NCBI GenBank assembly: GCA_041653675.1
Contig: JBAZEY010000003.1
Coordinates: 13,284 to 77,283, forward strand
Reading direction: 5' to 3'
Source of the DNA: Patescibacteria group bacterium
Lineage (GTDB): Bacteria > Patescibacteriota > Patescibacteriia > XYB2-FULL-38-15
DNA length: 64,000 bases
How positions within the stretch are numbered: the stretch's first letter is position 1; each line of letters opens with the position of its first letter. Both the position numbers and the translations under genes were made by a program. This document shows positions 37,837-47,532 of this stretch, one piece after another. A model generated the notes under the pieces. That model worked only from the letters and a program-made list of their open reading frames with translations, made no database searches and had not been told where the DNA came from.

Positions 37837-39087
37837 TCATTTATTCAATAATTTTTTTCGGCGGAGAAGTTTATGGTAGCCAATGGCAAAACGGTGGGCT
37901 TCGTCTCGAATTTGGAGCAAAATATCTTTGTGCAGCTCGGCGACACGGACGAGTTCTAAATTTTTAGGGTCGGCGATTAGTCGGTCTTGTTTGCGGTCAA
38001 AGCCTTTGGCGATACCCAAGACTGGAATTTTAATTTTTTGTTCAGATAAAATTTCTCGAACCGCGTTTATTTGTCCCCAGCCGCCGTCAACTAAAATTAA
38101 ATTTGGCTGCGGCCACTCTTTGTGTGCCAGCCGCCGCGTCATTACTTCTCTTATCATACCAACATCATTTGGCGTATCTAATGTTTTTATTTTGAATTTC
38201 CGGTATTCATTTTTGTTTGGTTTTCCATCTTCAAAAATAACCATACTACCCGTGGCCGAAGTGCCGCTGATGTTTGAAATATCGTAACCTTCAATCCGGC
38301 CGAAAATATTGATGCCAGATTCCCGATTTTTAAATTTTGATTCTTCTTTGATAACAGCCACGTCCTGGATATGTTCTAGGGAAAAAATTTGATTACGAAG
38401 TCGCGCCGCTTTTTCAAAATCTTCTTCGCGGCTTGCGAGGGTCATTTCTTTATTTAAATTTTTTATAATTTTTTCTTTTTTACCTTCAAAAAATAAAATC
38501 AGATGGCGGATAAGGCGGCGATAATCTTTCGCGGAAATAAGATCGGCGCAGGGAGCTGGGCATTGTTTCAAATGGTAATGAAGGCAGGGGCGTTTTGGCA
38601 GAGTGGCACAATCGCGGAAGGGAAAAATTCGCCGGCGCAAAATGCCCAGCGCGGCACGGAGCGAGGAGGCGCTTGTGTATGGTCCAAAAAGTTTGGAAAT
38701 TTGTTTTTTTTCGCGCGGGGTCATCCGTTCCAATTCTAAACCTCGTAGTAAGATGATCCTTGGAAATTTTTCTTTGGTAAAAGCCACGTATAAAAATGAT
38801 CTATCGTCTTTTTCTTTAACATTATATTTTGGCAAATATTTTTTTATCAAATTAGCTTCTAGGATTAGAGCCTCAATCACGGTGGGCGTTTTTTTAAAAT
38901 TAATATCCGCGATTTCCCCAACTAATTTTTCAATCCTAATATCATGAGGCCGGTCAAAATAACTTCTGACGCGGTCATGGATAGAAGTAGCTTTCCCAAC
39001 ATAAATAATCTTGCCCGCGGCGTTTTTCATTAAGTATACGCCCGGAGTTTTGGGAAATTTTTGTATTTTATTTTTTAAGTCGCGCAT
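37837..39087 (-). CDS. uvrC: Short UvrC: GIY-YIG, UvrB-interacting and RNase H-like endonuclease domains, no C-terminal HhH
   Basis: GVYLMKNAAGKIIYVGKATSIHDRVRSYF (GIY-YIG), and IRDEAHRFAIGYHKLLRRKK at the C-terminus. At 416 aa it is far shorter than canonical UvrC (about 600). Confidence 0.7.
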   Translation of the reverse strand: MRDLKNKIQKFPKTPGVYLMKNAAGKIIYVGKATSIHDRVRSYFDRPHDIRIEKLVGEIADINFKKTPTVIEALILEANLIKKYLPKYNVKEKDDRSFLYVAFTKEKFPRIILLRGLELERMTPREKKQISKLFGPYTSASSLRAALGILRRRIFPFRDCATLPKRPCLHYHLKQCPAPCADLISAKDYRRLIRHLILFFEGKKEKIIKNLNKEMTLASREEDFEKAARLRNQIFSLEHIQDVAVIKEESKFKNRESGINIFGRIEGYDISNISGTSATGSMVIFEDGKPNKNEYRKFKIKTLDTPNDVGMIREVMTRRLAHKEWPQPNLILVDGGWGQINAVREILSEQKIKIPVLGIAKGFDRKQDRLIADPKNLELVRVAELHKDILLQIRDEAHRFAIGYHKLLRRKKLLNK

Positions 39088-39270
39088 GGAGGTTGCCCCG
39101 TTAGAAGTCCTTGGAAAAAATTTTAATTAAAATTTTTTCGGAAGCAACGAGGTGAAATAAAATTCTCGCCATCTATTTAAGTAAAGCGTCTCTTAAATAG
39201 AGACAGACTTCTAACGGGGTTGACTTTTTTATTTTTTTGTTTCAAGATAAAGTCGCGAAAGGAGGACGCA

Positions 39271-39543
39271 ATGATGATCGGTCACCTCAAGGAGGAACTG
39301 AACGGCCCCGGGAGATATGTCTTTGGAATCTGGGATGGCACTGCCGGTTGTTACATCGGCGGAGCCGAGTGGATTGCTATCGTAACAGACGATCGTCAAA
39401 AGATGGCTGTGCGGCTTCAGGGAACGATTGACTTTTTTTCGTCGCAGGGATGTGACGGCGTGTCGAGTGACGTGCAGCGGATTATGACGCGCTACGGCGT
39501 CTCTCTATCGGAGAAGCTGAAGGTCTATCGGACCGCGAAGTGA
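39271..39543 (+). CDS. GC-rich orphan small protein (90 aa), unknown function
   Basis: RBS AAAGGAGGAcgcaATG. Composition is about 58% GC, in the spacer between uvrC and uvrA. Followed by a hairpin terminator. Confidence 0.5.
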   Translation: MMIGHLKEELNGPGRYVFGIWDGTAGCYIGGAEWIAIVTDDRQKMAVRLQGTIDFFSSQGCDGVSSDVQRIMTRYGVSLSEKLKVYRTAK

Positions 39544-39572
39544 GCCTTGGCAAACTTGCCCAGGCTCTTTTT
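39541..39572. terminator. Bidirectional terminator (serves the GC-rich gene on + and uvrA on -)
   Basis: agccttggcaaacttgcccaggct followed by ctttttttatttttt. Confidence 0.6.
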
Positions 39573-42167
39573 TTATTTTTTACTCAAGACTTTTTTCAAA
39601 TATTGTCCGGTGTATGATTTTGGATTTTTTGCCAATTCTTCCGGCGTGCCGACTGCGATAAGTTGTCCGCCGGCGTCGCCGCCATCAGGCCCTAAATCAA
39701 TAACCCAATCTGCTGTTTTAATAAAATCCAAATTGTGCTCGATAACGATAACTGTATTGCCCAAACTAACCAAGCGATGTAAAACTTCCAGCAATTTTTC
39801 CACGTCAGCATAATGCAAGCCAACAGTCGGTTCATCCAAAATATAAATTGTTCGGCCGGTAGAACGCCGGGCGAGTTCAGCGCCAAGTTTAATTCTCTGA
39901 GCTTCGCCGCCGGATAAAGTCGTCGCGGCTTGTCCAAGCGTTAAATATTGCAAACCAACTTCGCGGAGAATTTTTAGCCGATCATAAACCGGAGGGATAT
40001 TTCGGAAAAATCCTTCAGCCTCTTCAATTGTCATTTGCAAAATGTCGTGGATATTTTTTTCTTTATATTTTATGGCTAAAGTTTCCCGATCAAAACGAGT
40101 TCCCTTGCAAACTGGACAGGTAACATAAACTGCCGGCAGAAAATGCATTTCAATTTTAATTAAACCGGCGCCTTCGCAATTTTCGCAGCGTCCGCCCGGC
40201 ACGTTAAAACTAAATCGTCCCGGTTGGTAGCCGCGGGCGCGGGATTCGGGCAATGCGGTGAAAAGTTCACGAATGTGCGTCCAGGCACCGGTATAAGTTA
40301 CCGGGTTGGAGCGCGGCGTGCGGCCGATAGGAGATTGATCAATCACAATAACTTTATCTAAATAATCTAATCCTTCAATCCGGGCATGTTTTCCGATTTT
40401 CCAATTGGTATGATTTAGTTTATTGGAAAGCTCTTTATAAAGAATGTCATTTACGAGTGTGCTTTTTCCAGAGCCAGAAACGCCCGTCACGCAAACAAAT
40501 CTTTTGAGCGGAATTCTAACATCAATATTTTTTAAATTATTTTCCGTCGCCCCGACAATTTTTAATTGGCCGGAAGAAAAATATTTATTTTTTTCGTCAA
40601 CGTGTCGGCGTTTTTCCGGAATTTTTATAAATTTATCACCGCGCAAATACGCCGCGGTCAGAGAATTTTTGTCTTGTAAAACATCGGGCATCGGGCCAGC
40701 AGCGACAATTTCTCCGCCGTGCGTTCCGGCGCCGGGGCCGAGGTCAACTAAATAATCAGCCATCCAAATTGTTTCCGGATCGTGTTCCACGACAATCACC
40801 GTATTACCGATGTCGCGCAAATTCGCGAGGGTCGCCAATAATTTTTCATTATCTTTGGGATGGAGACCAATGGTCGGTTCGTCCAAAATATAGAGCGCGC
40901 CAACTAAGCGCGAGCCAACTTGCGAAGCGAGACGAATGCGTTGGGCTTCACCGCCGGAAAGAGTGCCGGCCGTGCGGCCAAGCGTTAAATATCCCAAGCC
41001 AACATTTAACATAAATTCCAGCCGGTTCATTATTTCTTTTAAAACAGTTTCCGCAATTTCAAGCTCGGTGTCATTTAATTTTTGCGTGGCCGTTTTTGAT
41101 TTTTCTTTGCCAGCCAAGGCGGTAAAAAAATCGCGCGCCTCTTCAATAGACATTTTTGTCACTTCAACAATATTTTTTTTGCCAACCAAAACATGCAAAC
41201 TTTCTTTTCTTAGTCTGTCTCCGCCGCAATCAGGACAGGGTTTTTCTGAAAATAAAGATTCAATACCAAGCCCATGGCATGTTGGGCAGGCGCCATAAGG
41301 ACTGTTGAACGAAAAAAGTCGCGGTTCAATTTCCGGAAAAGAAAAACCATCATCCGGACAAGAATATTTGGAAGACATTACAATTTCGTCGCCATTATCT
41401 AAAATAACTGTCGCGACTCCCTCCCCATGCTTTAAGGCTGTTTCCATGGCTTCGGCCAAACGCGCGCGCAGACCTTTATTATTTTCGAGCGGCCAGCCGA
41501 GCGTGATTTTGTCCACGACTAAATCAATGTTGTGCTGCTTGTAGCGGGCAAGAACAATTTTATTTCTAAGTTCTCTAAATTTTCCATTGACGCGCACTTC
41601 AGAAAATCCATCGTTATATAGATTGTATAGCAATTGATAATATTCGCCCTTTCGGCCGCGAACAACCGGCGCAAGAATCGTAAGGTGGTCGCTAAATTTT
41701 GTCGTAGGATTTTTATCCTGTTCATGAATTTCCGAAGTTTTTTTCAAAATCAAATCAACCATTTCCTCAACAGTCATTTTTTTAATTTCTTTTCCGCAGA
41801 CTGGACAATATGGTTTGCCGACGCGCGCGAAAAGCACGCGGAGGTAATCGTAAATTTCCGTGATGGTCGCGACCGTGGAGCGGGGATTGGCGCTGTGGGC
41901 TTTTTGGTCAATAGAAATGGCCGGCGACAATCCTTCAATTTCATCAACATCGGGTTTATCCATCTGACCCAAAAATTGCCGGGCGTAAGCCGAGAGTGAT
42001 TCCACATAACGCCGTTGGCCTTCGGCAAAAATGGTATCAAAAGCCAGGCTGGATTTTCCTGAACCGGAAAGTCCGGTGAAGACCGTTAATTTGTTTCGCG
42101 GAATTTCGAGAGAAACATTTTTTAGGTTATGTTCTCGCGCGCCTTTTATAATTATTTTATCTTGCAT
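39573..42167 (-). CDS. uvrA: Excinuclease ABC subunit A
   Basis: Two ABC ATPase modules ([29 protein letters not shown]), Zn fingers and LSGGE signatures. Confidence 0.95.
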   Translation of the reverse strand: MQDKIIIKGAREHNLKNVSLEIPRNKLTVFTGLSGSGKSSLAFDTIFAEGQRRYVESLSAYARQFLGQMDKPDVDEIEGLSPAISIDQKAHSANPRSTVATITEIYDYLRVLFARVGKPYCPVCGKEIKKMTVEEMVDLILKKTSEIHEQDKNPTTKFSDHLTILAPVVRGRKGEYYQLLYNLYNDGFSEVRVNGKFRELRNKIVLARYKQHNIDLVVDKITLGWPLENNKGLRARLAEAMETALKHGEGVATVILDNGDEIVMSSKYSCPDDGFSFPEIEPRLFSFNSPYGACPTCHGLGIESLFSEKPCPDCGGDRLRKESLHVLVGKKNIVEVTKMSIEEARDFFTALAGKEKSKTATQKLNDTELEIAETVLKEIMNRLEFMLNVGLGYLTLGRTAGTLSGGEAQRIRLASQVGSRLVGALYILDEPTIGLHPKDNEKLLATLANLRDIGNTVIVVEHDPETIWMADYLVDLGPGAGTHGGEIVAAGPMPDVLQDKNSLTAAYLRGDKFIKIPEKRRHVDEKNKYFSSGQLKIVGATENNLKNIDVRIPLKRFVCVTGVSGSGKSTLVNDILYKELSNKLNHTNWKIGKHARIEGLDYLDKVIVIDQSPIGRTPRSNPVTYTGAWTHIRELFTALPESRARGYQPGRFSFNVPGGRCENCEGAGLIKIEMHFLPAVYVTCPVCKGTRFDRETLAIKYKEKNIHDILQMTIEEAEGFFRNIPPVYDRLKILREVGLQYLTLGQAATTLSGGEAQRIKLGAELARRSTGRTIYILDEPTVGLHYADVEKLLEVLHRLVSLGNTVIVIEHNLDFIKTADWVIDLGPDGGDAGGQLIAVGTPEELAKNPKSYTGQYLKKVLSKK

Positions 42168-42173
42168 ATATTG

Positions 42174-42202
42174 TTGACATTTTTTAATTTATTTGGAATA
42201 AT
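42174..42202 (+). promoter_or_regulatory. Sigma70-like promoter (TTGACA-17-AATAAT) driving the GC-rich element between uvrA and uvrB
   Basis: ttgaca ttttttaatttatttgg aataat. Confidence 0.45.
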
Positions 42203-42475
42203 TTTGTTATACGGTTTTGGTTTGCCACTTCGGCGAACCACCGTCCGAGGAAAGAAGGAGGTGGGAAGAACGGAGATGGAGAAGCGGTTCTCGCGGTTCG
42301 GCCTGCTGGACAAGGGCCAAGCGACGGCGCAGTCGGCGTGATGCGGTGATCCCGCTGGAGGTGAATGTCGGGGCACCCCTGACACGGGACGGAATTTCGT
42401 CGGTCAGCGGCTAACGGCCGCAACAGAAATGTGAGCCGGCGGGAAATTCTGGCAGCTCCGCAAGTCAAACCTTTC

Positions 42476-44500
42476 CTATGGCCCCGGGACGTGCTTCGGC
42501 GCGTTTCGGGGTTTTTTTAATTCTTTAATTTCATCCCGTAGTAATGCCGCCAGTTCGAATTCAAGCGCTTGCGCCGCGGCCTTCATTTGTCCTTCCTTCT
42601 CTTTTATAATTTCTTCAATATTTTTTCCTTTTTCGCCGATAACATCCAGATCCAAAATATTTTTAACTTTTTCTTTTGAAATTTCTTCGCCGACAATATC
42701 TTTTATTTTCTTTTGGATCGTCTTCGGAGTGATGCCGTGTTTTTTGTTATATTCCGTTTGTCTTTTTCTTCGGCGTTCGGTTTCGTTGATGGCGCGTTCC
42801 ATTGAGCCAGTCATTTGATCGGCATAAAGGATAACTTGGCCGCGAACATTGCGGGCTGCTCGCCCGATTGTCTGGATGAGTGAAGTTTCACTTCGCAAAA
42901 ATCCTTCTTTATCCGCGTCTAAAATTGCGACAAGCGTCACTTCCGGTAAATCCAGTCCTTCGCGCAATAAATTCACACCAACTAAAATATCAAATTTTCC
43001 TCGGCGGAATTCAGTCAAAATTTTTATCCGGTCCAATGTTTGCACTTCGCTATGAATATAATTAACTTTGAATTTTTTCTCCGCGAGATATTCGCTTAAA
43101 TCCTCGGCCATTTTTTTGGTTAGAGTTGTGACAAGGACGCGTTCGTTTCGTTTCACGCGATCGGCGATTCGTTCCATCAAATCATCAACCTGGGATTTTT
43201 CATCTTTGTTTTTTGGTGTGATAGGTTTAACAATAATTTCCGGGTCAATAAGGCCGGTTGGCCGGATTATTTGCTCAACGATTTGTCCACTTTTAGTTAA
43301 TTCATAATCAGCCGGCGTGGCTGAAGTATAAATTGTCTGTGGCACTCTTTTTTCAAATTCACTAAATTTCAGCGGCCGGTTGTCGGCGGCGGAAGGCAGG
43401 CGAAAACCAAAATCAACCAACGCCCGTTTCCGCGAAGCATCGCCTTCGTACATTCCGGAAAGCTGCGGCACGGTGACGTGTGATTCATCAATTACCATTA
43501 ACCAATCCTTATTTTTTCCAAAATAATCGAGCAAAGTTTCTGGCGGTTCGCCCGCGGCGCGGCCAGAAAGATGCCGTGAGTAATTTTCAATTCCGTGGCA
43601 GTAGCCGACCTCTTTAATCATTTCCAAATCATAATTTGTCCGACGTTCCAATCTTTCCGCTTCAAGCAATTTTCCATTTTTATTAAAATATTCCAAGCGG
43701 TCTTTTAATTCCGCTTTGATAGTTTTGAAAGCTCGTTCGCGTTCCGGGCCGAGGGTGACAAAATGTTTGGCTGGAAAAATCCAGACGTCGGTCGGTTCAT
43801 CTTTTATTTTTCTTGTCACCGGATCAATAGCAAAAATTTTCACGATTTTTTGTGCGCTTGATTCCACTCGATAAATAATTTCTTGGTTCACGGGCATTAT
43901 TTCTAAAGTTTCGCCACGCAAACGAAACTCGCCACGCTTTAAATCGGAATTTGTCCGATTGAATTGCATGGTGATGAGTTGGCTTAACAAATCAGTGCGG
44001 GTGATAACTTGATCTTTGGCCAAATGTAAAACTATTTTTTGATAAGTTTCCGGAGCACCCAAGCCGTAAATGCAAGAAACCGAAGCGACAATAATCACGT
44101 CGCGTCGTGTTAAAAGCGCCTGGGTCGCGGCGTGGCGGAGGCGATCGATCTCATCATTGATCATCGCTTCTTTTTCAATATAAGTGTCGGTCCGCGGCAA
44201 GTATGCTTCGGGCTGGTAGTAATCATAATAAGAAACAAAATATTCCACGGCATTGTCCGGAAAAAATTCGCGGAATTCATTGCAAAGTTGCGCCGCCAAA
44301 GTTTTGTTGTGAGCAATAACGAGCGTGGGTTTATTGATTTTCGCGATAACATTCGCCACGGTAAAAGTTTTTCCTGAACCAGTGACACCCAAAAGTGTTT
44401 GATGGGCGTGATTTTTTTTCAAACCATTAACAAGTTCGGCGATTGCTTTGGGCTGATCGCCGGCGGGTTTAAATTTTGATTTTAATTTGAATTTGTCCAT
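42476..44500 (-). CDS. uvrB: Excinuclease ABC subunit B
   Basis: Helicase motifs (GVTGSGKT, DESH), beta-hairpin and a C-terminal UVR domain. Confidence 0.95.
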   Translation of the reverse strand: MDKFKLKSKFKPAGDQPKAIAELVNGLKKNHAHQTLLGVTGSGKTFTVANVIAKINKPTLVIAHNKTLAAQLCNEFREFFPDNAVEYFVSYYDYYQPEAYLPRTDTYIEKEAMINDEIDRLRHAATQALLTRRDVIIVASVSCIYGLGAPETYQKIVLHLAKDQVITRTDLLSQLITMQFNRTNSDLKRGEFRLRGETLEIMPVNQEIIYRVESSAQKIVKIFAIDPVTRKIKDEPTDVWIFPAKHFVTLGPERERAFKTIKAELKDRLEYFNKNGKLLEAERLERRTNYDLEMIKEVGYCHGIENYSRHLSGRAAGEPPETLLDYFGKNKDWLMVIDESHVTVPQLSGMYEGDASRKRALVDFGFRLPSAADNRPLKFSEFEKRVPQTIYTSATPADYELTKSGQIVEQIIRPTGLIDPEIIVKPITPKNKDEKSQVDDLMERIADRVKRNERVLVTTLTKKMAEDLSEYLAEKKFKVNYIHSEVQTLDRIKILTEFRRGKFDILVGVNLLREGLDLPEVTLVAILDADKEGFLRSETSLIQTIGRAARNVRGQVILYADQMTGSMERAINETERRRKRQTEYNKKHGITPKTIQKKIKDIVGEEISKEKVKNILDLDVIGEKGKNIEEIIKEKEGQMKAAAQALEFELAALLRDEIKELKKPRNAPKHVPGP
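42482..42518 (+). terminator. Rho-independent terminator ending the GC-rich transcript (overlaps the last uvrB codons on the opposite strand)
   Basis: ccccgggacgtgcttcggcgcgtttcgggg followed by ttttttt. Confidence 0.55.
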
Positions 44501-44630
44501 ATACGCAAAAAATCCCCCAAGATTCCTCCTCGCTGGGAGGAGTGGGGCGCGTCTGTAAAGAAACGGCTGTCTAGCCGTTTGTTATTGTGAAGCCATCATA
44601 ACATGGACTGAGCCTATTGTCAACTCGTAC

Positions 44631-44659
44631 TTGACAAATGATATTTTCTGGCCTAAGAT
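44631..44659 (+). promoter_or_regulatory. Promoter (TTGACA-17-TAAGAT) for the GC-rich cNMP-binding gene
   Basis: ttgaca aatgatattttctggcc taagat. Confidence 0.45.
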
Positions 44660-44700
44660 GGGTAATCACGAACAAAAAGGGAGGGAAGGGAGGACTGATC

Positions 44701-45555
44701 GTGAGTGAAGAAACGAATGGTTGCCAGGGTAGTGAGCCCGTGGTCGAGGACAGATCTGAAAATTGCGTCCCTGGCGTCGAAGAAGACGGGGGAAGCAGCG
44801 AAAGGCAGTGCGATACTCTTGAGGGTTTGACGCAGTCGAAGGCGCTTGCCGCTTTTCTCGGGCAGCTCAAGATTGTGGAGATCCCTCCGGGCGGACGCCT
44901 TTACCAAGAAGGCGACCTCATCTCGCAAGTCTGCTACATCGTGAGCGGCAGGGTCGAAGTCAAGGCGACCGGTGAATTGATCGCCACAGTAGAAAAGGGC
45001 GAGCTGCTTGGGCTGGAAGAATTTCGTTACCGCAAGGAGAGCCCGAAATATACCCAAGAAGCGGTAGCTGTTCTGCCAACCTCGGTTGTCTGGCTGGATA
45101 ACGAAGGCCTAAGGACAGTCTTGGACTTGAACGCGGATTGTTTGGCGGCCTACGTTCGGCTACAGGCCAGAGTGAAGAGGGCGATCGAAAAGAAGCTCGG
45201 CCAGCTCAAGATAGACAAGAGCAAGCTGGAGGTTAGGGTTGCCCGACTGGGGGTAGCTTTGGGAGCAACCCAGGAGCAGCTCGTCAAGCTGCAAAAGCCG
45301 CCGCAGCCGCCTCCACCGCCGCGCAAACCTCTTCCATCAACAGCACTTCTTGGAAAGTTGGATGAAGCGCGTCGGGTTATTCGCGAGATGGGCCAGCTTT
45401 TCGTCGCGAGGGCCACAAACCTCAAGAAACTGCTCGTGGCTTTGCACGAGTTCGCCACGAAACATCCAGACTGGGCCAAACAGGAGGATTTCGTCGCGTT
45501 CAAGAAGAGCTTCGAAGGGCTTGTAGAACGTGATTCTCAATTCAAGGTGCCGTGA
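44701..45555 (+). CDS. GC-rich cyclic-nucleotide-binding domain protein with coiled-coil and Pro-rich segment
   Basis: GTG start with RBS AGGGAGGA. cNMP-binding fold (YQEGDLISQVCYIVSGRVEVKATGELIATVEKGELLGLEEF...). PPQPPPPPRKP linker. Confidence 0.6.
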   Translation: MSEETNGCQGSEPVVEDRSENCVPGVEEDGGSSERQCDTLEGLTQSKALAAFLGQLKIVEIPPGGRLYQEGDLISQVCYIVSGRVEVKATGELIATVEKGELLGLEEFRYRKESPKYTQEAVAVLPTSVVWLDNEGLRTVLDLNADCLAAYVRLQARVKRAIEKKLGQLKIDKSKLEVRVARLGVALGATQEQLVKLQKPPQPPPPPRKPLPSTALLGKLDEARRVIREMGQLFVARATNLKKLLVALHEFATKHPDWAKQEDFVAFKKSFEGLVERDSQFKVP

Positions 45556-45600
45556 AGCGGCACGAGCCGGACACTTTCAAGAGGTGTCCGGCATTTTATT
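45548..45600. terminator. Double hairpin bidirectional terminator
   Basis: gtgccgtgaagcggcac plus gccggacactttcaagaggtgtccggc followed by attttatttt. Confidence 0.6.
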
Positions 45601-45693
45601 TTATAACTTAATTATTAAATTTTTATAAAAAAATTCTGCCGCGGCTTGTGGCTTTGGCAGAATGGTGAAAACGATGGCGGCTGCTCGAGTTCG

Positions 45694-46449
45694 TTACCCG
45701 CAGCCGATTGGCGGGCACTTCACGGCAGTCCAGATTCCGAGGTTGTCGCCACTTGGCGAAACGATCGCTTCGCCCGTGACGTGCGTCTCGTCCGTAAAAT
45801 GGCCGACGTAACTTGTGCTGCCCGACGAGAAATTGATTTGCCGGCCATGGATCGTTGGCTCGTAGTAACTCGAGATGGCAGTAATGTCTCGGCCAGTTTG
45901 GCTGGCGTAGACGGCGACCGGAAAGGGGAAAGTTGCCCCGCTTAGTTCCCAGGCGCCTTCAGCGTTGATGACACTTTTCACGATGTGCGGCGCACTGCAG
46001 ACTTCCGGTTGGCAATCAACACAGCCTGCATCAATCGCCTCGCAGTCGTTCGTCACGCAAGCTGTGACAGTAGCCTCTGGTTCTGTATCACCGCCGAGGT
46101 CAAGAATGTCAGCCGTGGTTTGGACGAGCGTCATGGCTTCTCGCCGCGTTTCGATTGACGCTTCAATGGGTGCGAGACTCACAAGCGACGAATCGGAAAC
46201 GCGCCACTCCACGTCCTTGATCAGGATTCCATCGGAATTGTAGACGTAGGCGTGGAGTTTGTAGGCGTCGGCGTTCGTGGTGTCGCCGGTTGGCACGGGA
46301 GAAACGTTGGCTTCCGTGCTCGGAGTGCAATCCGAGACGATCGCCACAGCCATGGCGACACTCGAGTCGTTGGGACAGCGTTCGATGAACTCGTTCCGGC
46401 AGCCGAGCGCCATCACGAAAAGAACCGCAATCATCATCTTCGTTTTCAT
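45694..46449 (-). CDS. GC-rich lipoprotein, possibly Ig-like (Big_2-like) fold
   Basis: RBS TAAGGAGGA with promoter TTGAAA-16-TAAAAT on the minus strand. Lipoprotein signal MKTKMMIAVLFVMALGC. Multiple Cys pairs. Confidence 0.5.
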   Translation of the reverse strand: MKTKMMIAVLFVMALGCRNEFIERCPNDSSVAMAVAIVSDCTPSTEANVSPVPTGDTTNADAYKLHAYVYNSDGILIKDVEWRVSDSSLVSLAPIEASIETRREAMTLVQTTADILDLGGDTEPEATVTACVTNDCEAIDAGCVDCQPEVCSAPHIVKSVINAEGAWELSGATFPFPVAVYASQTGRDITAISSYYEPTIHGRQINFSSGSTSYVGHFTDETHVTGEAIVSPSGDNLGIWTAVKCPPIGCG

Positions 46450-46516
46450 CTGTATCCTCCTTACTGATTTTATTTTAACAAACTAAAAATAAATTTCAAA
46501 ATTTATAAAATAAAAA

Positions 46517-46560
46517 AAGGGGCTTCCGCGCGGCGTTACGAAACACCTTGCGGAAGCCCT
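46517..46560 (-). terminator. Strong Rho-independent terminator (minus strand)
   Basis: gggcttccgcaaggtgtttcgtaacgccgcgcggaagcccc followed by tttttttatttt on the minus strand. Confidence 0.7.
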
Positions 46561-47140
46561 TGGTCCCTTGGGAGTTATCCTCCAGATTTCTCCTTTGAAT
46601 CTCTCCCGGGAGTCCTTGGTCAGGCGCCCTTGCCCAACCTCATCGGGGAGTTAACCCCGTCTGGTAGCCCGTTTTTTCCCATCGGGCTCGGGGCGGCATT
46701 TTTAGACCGGAGTGACTGACATGCTAGCCAGCACGCGATCTTAACGAGGTAACCGCCGCTTTTCACTGCGTTTACGGCGCCGCGCTTGTGACGGCGATTG
46801 CAGCACCCCGACGGGTCTGCTGATTCTGGTCTTGGGGCGCATTCCATTTTGTCCCCAAAACTCTGGTTGCCCGTCCACCAGGGATCAGACGATTTATATT
46901 GCCGCGCCGTCTGCCAGGGCGCTTTAACCCTCCGCTCTGATCTCCTTCCCTTGGTAGCGAAGATGTGGAGCCGCCGGTTATCTACCTCAATCGAAGCACG
47001 GCTCCGATCGCGCCGTTTTGCGGGCACTGGTTATCTCCGAGCTCAAACCAATCCCGCCCCCGGGTAGACGAATTTATGTCCGCGCCAGCCTACCTTTGGC
47101 GCTCTGCCGATACATCCCCGTGCCACCACCTCCTTCTGTG
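46561..47140 (-). other. About 600-nt GC-rich non-coding block ending at the terminator
   Basis: No ORF with protein-like composition in any frame (only Arg-rich artefactual ORFs). Many local hairpins. It is contiguous with the GC-rich island and could be a structured RNA or a decayed coding remnant. Confidence 0.3.
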
Positions 47141-47473
47141 AAGAAAAACAAATTATTTATTTATCTTCATAGAAGGAAATAGGCGCAGAGAATTTTTAAG
47201 GTTAGTATAGATCTATTTTTTTGTCAAGAGTTTCGGAAAAAACAAAGAAAGGCCACTTGGCCCTCCTTGTTAATATATTTTAATATTAACTTTAAGAACA
47301 GCAGGAACAGCCTTTTAATCTCTTCGTGTGCTTCCGCAATTCTTTGCCCTTTTTGGTATTTTTAAGAGCGTGTTTTGTTCTGGCTTTCGCCGCGCTATTT
47401 TGTCCCATATTATTTAACTATTAATGATTTAATGAATTAATTTTGTCATATTGTCGGTAAGTCGTCAACTCCA

Positions 47474-47502
47474 TTGATTTTTTACGCTAAATTTTGTATA
47501 AT
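47474..47502 (+). promoter_or_regulatory. Promoter TTGATT-17-TGtTATAAT for the SPFH gene
   Basis: ttgatt ttttacgctaaattttg tataat. Confidence 0.5.
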
Positions 47503-47532
47503 TAAAGACAAACTAATTAATAAATTTAAACT

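Noticed and set aside
46620-47067. ORFs 46620..47027 (-) and 46798..47067 (+) in the GC-rich non-coding block
   Set aside because: Arg/Pro-rich and compositionally unlike real proteins. No RBS. They overlap each other, so the block is treated as non-coding or decayed.
46517-47140. RNase P RNA or tmRNA in the 600-nt GC-rich block
   Set aside because: No AAAGUCC / ACAGAAnCCGGCUUA P4 strands. No GGGG 5' end or tRNA-like T-arm with CCA.
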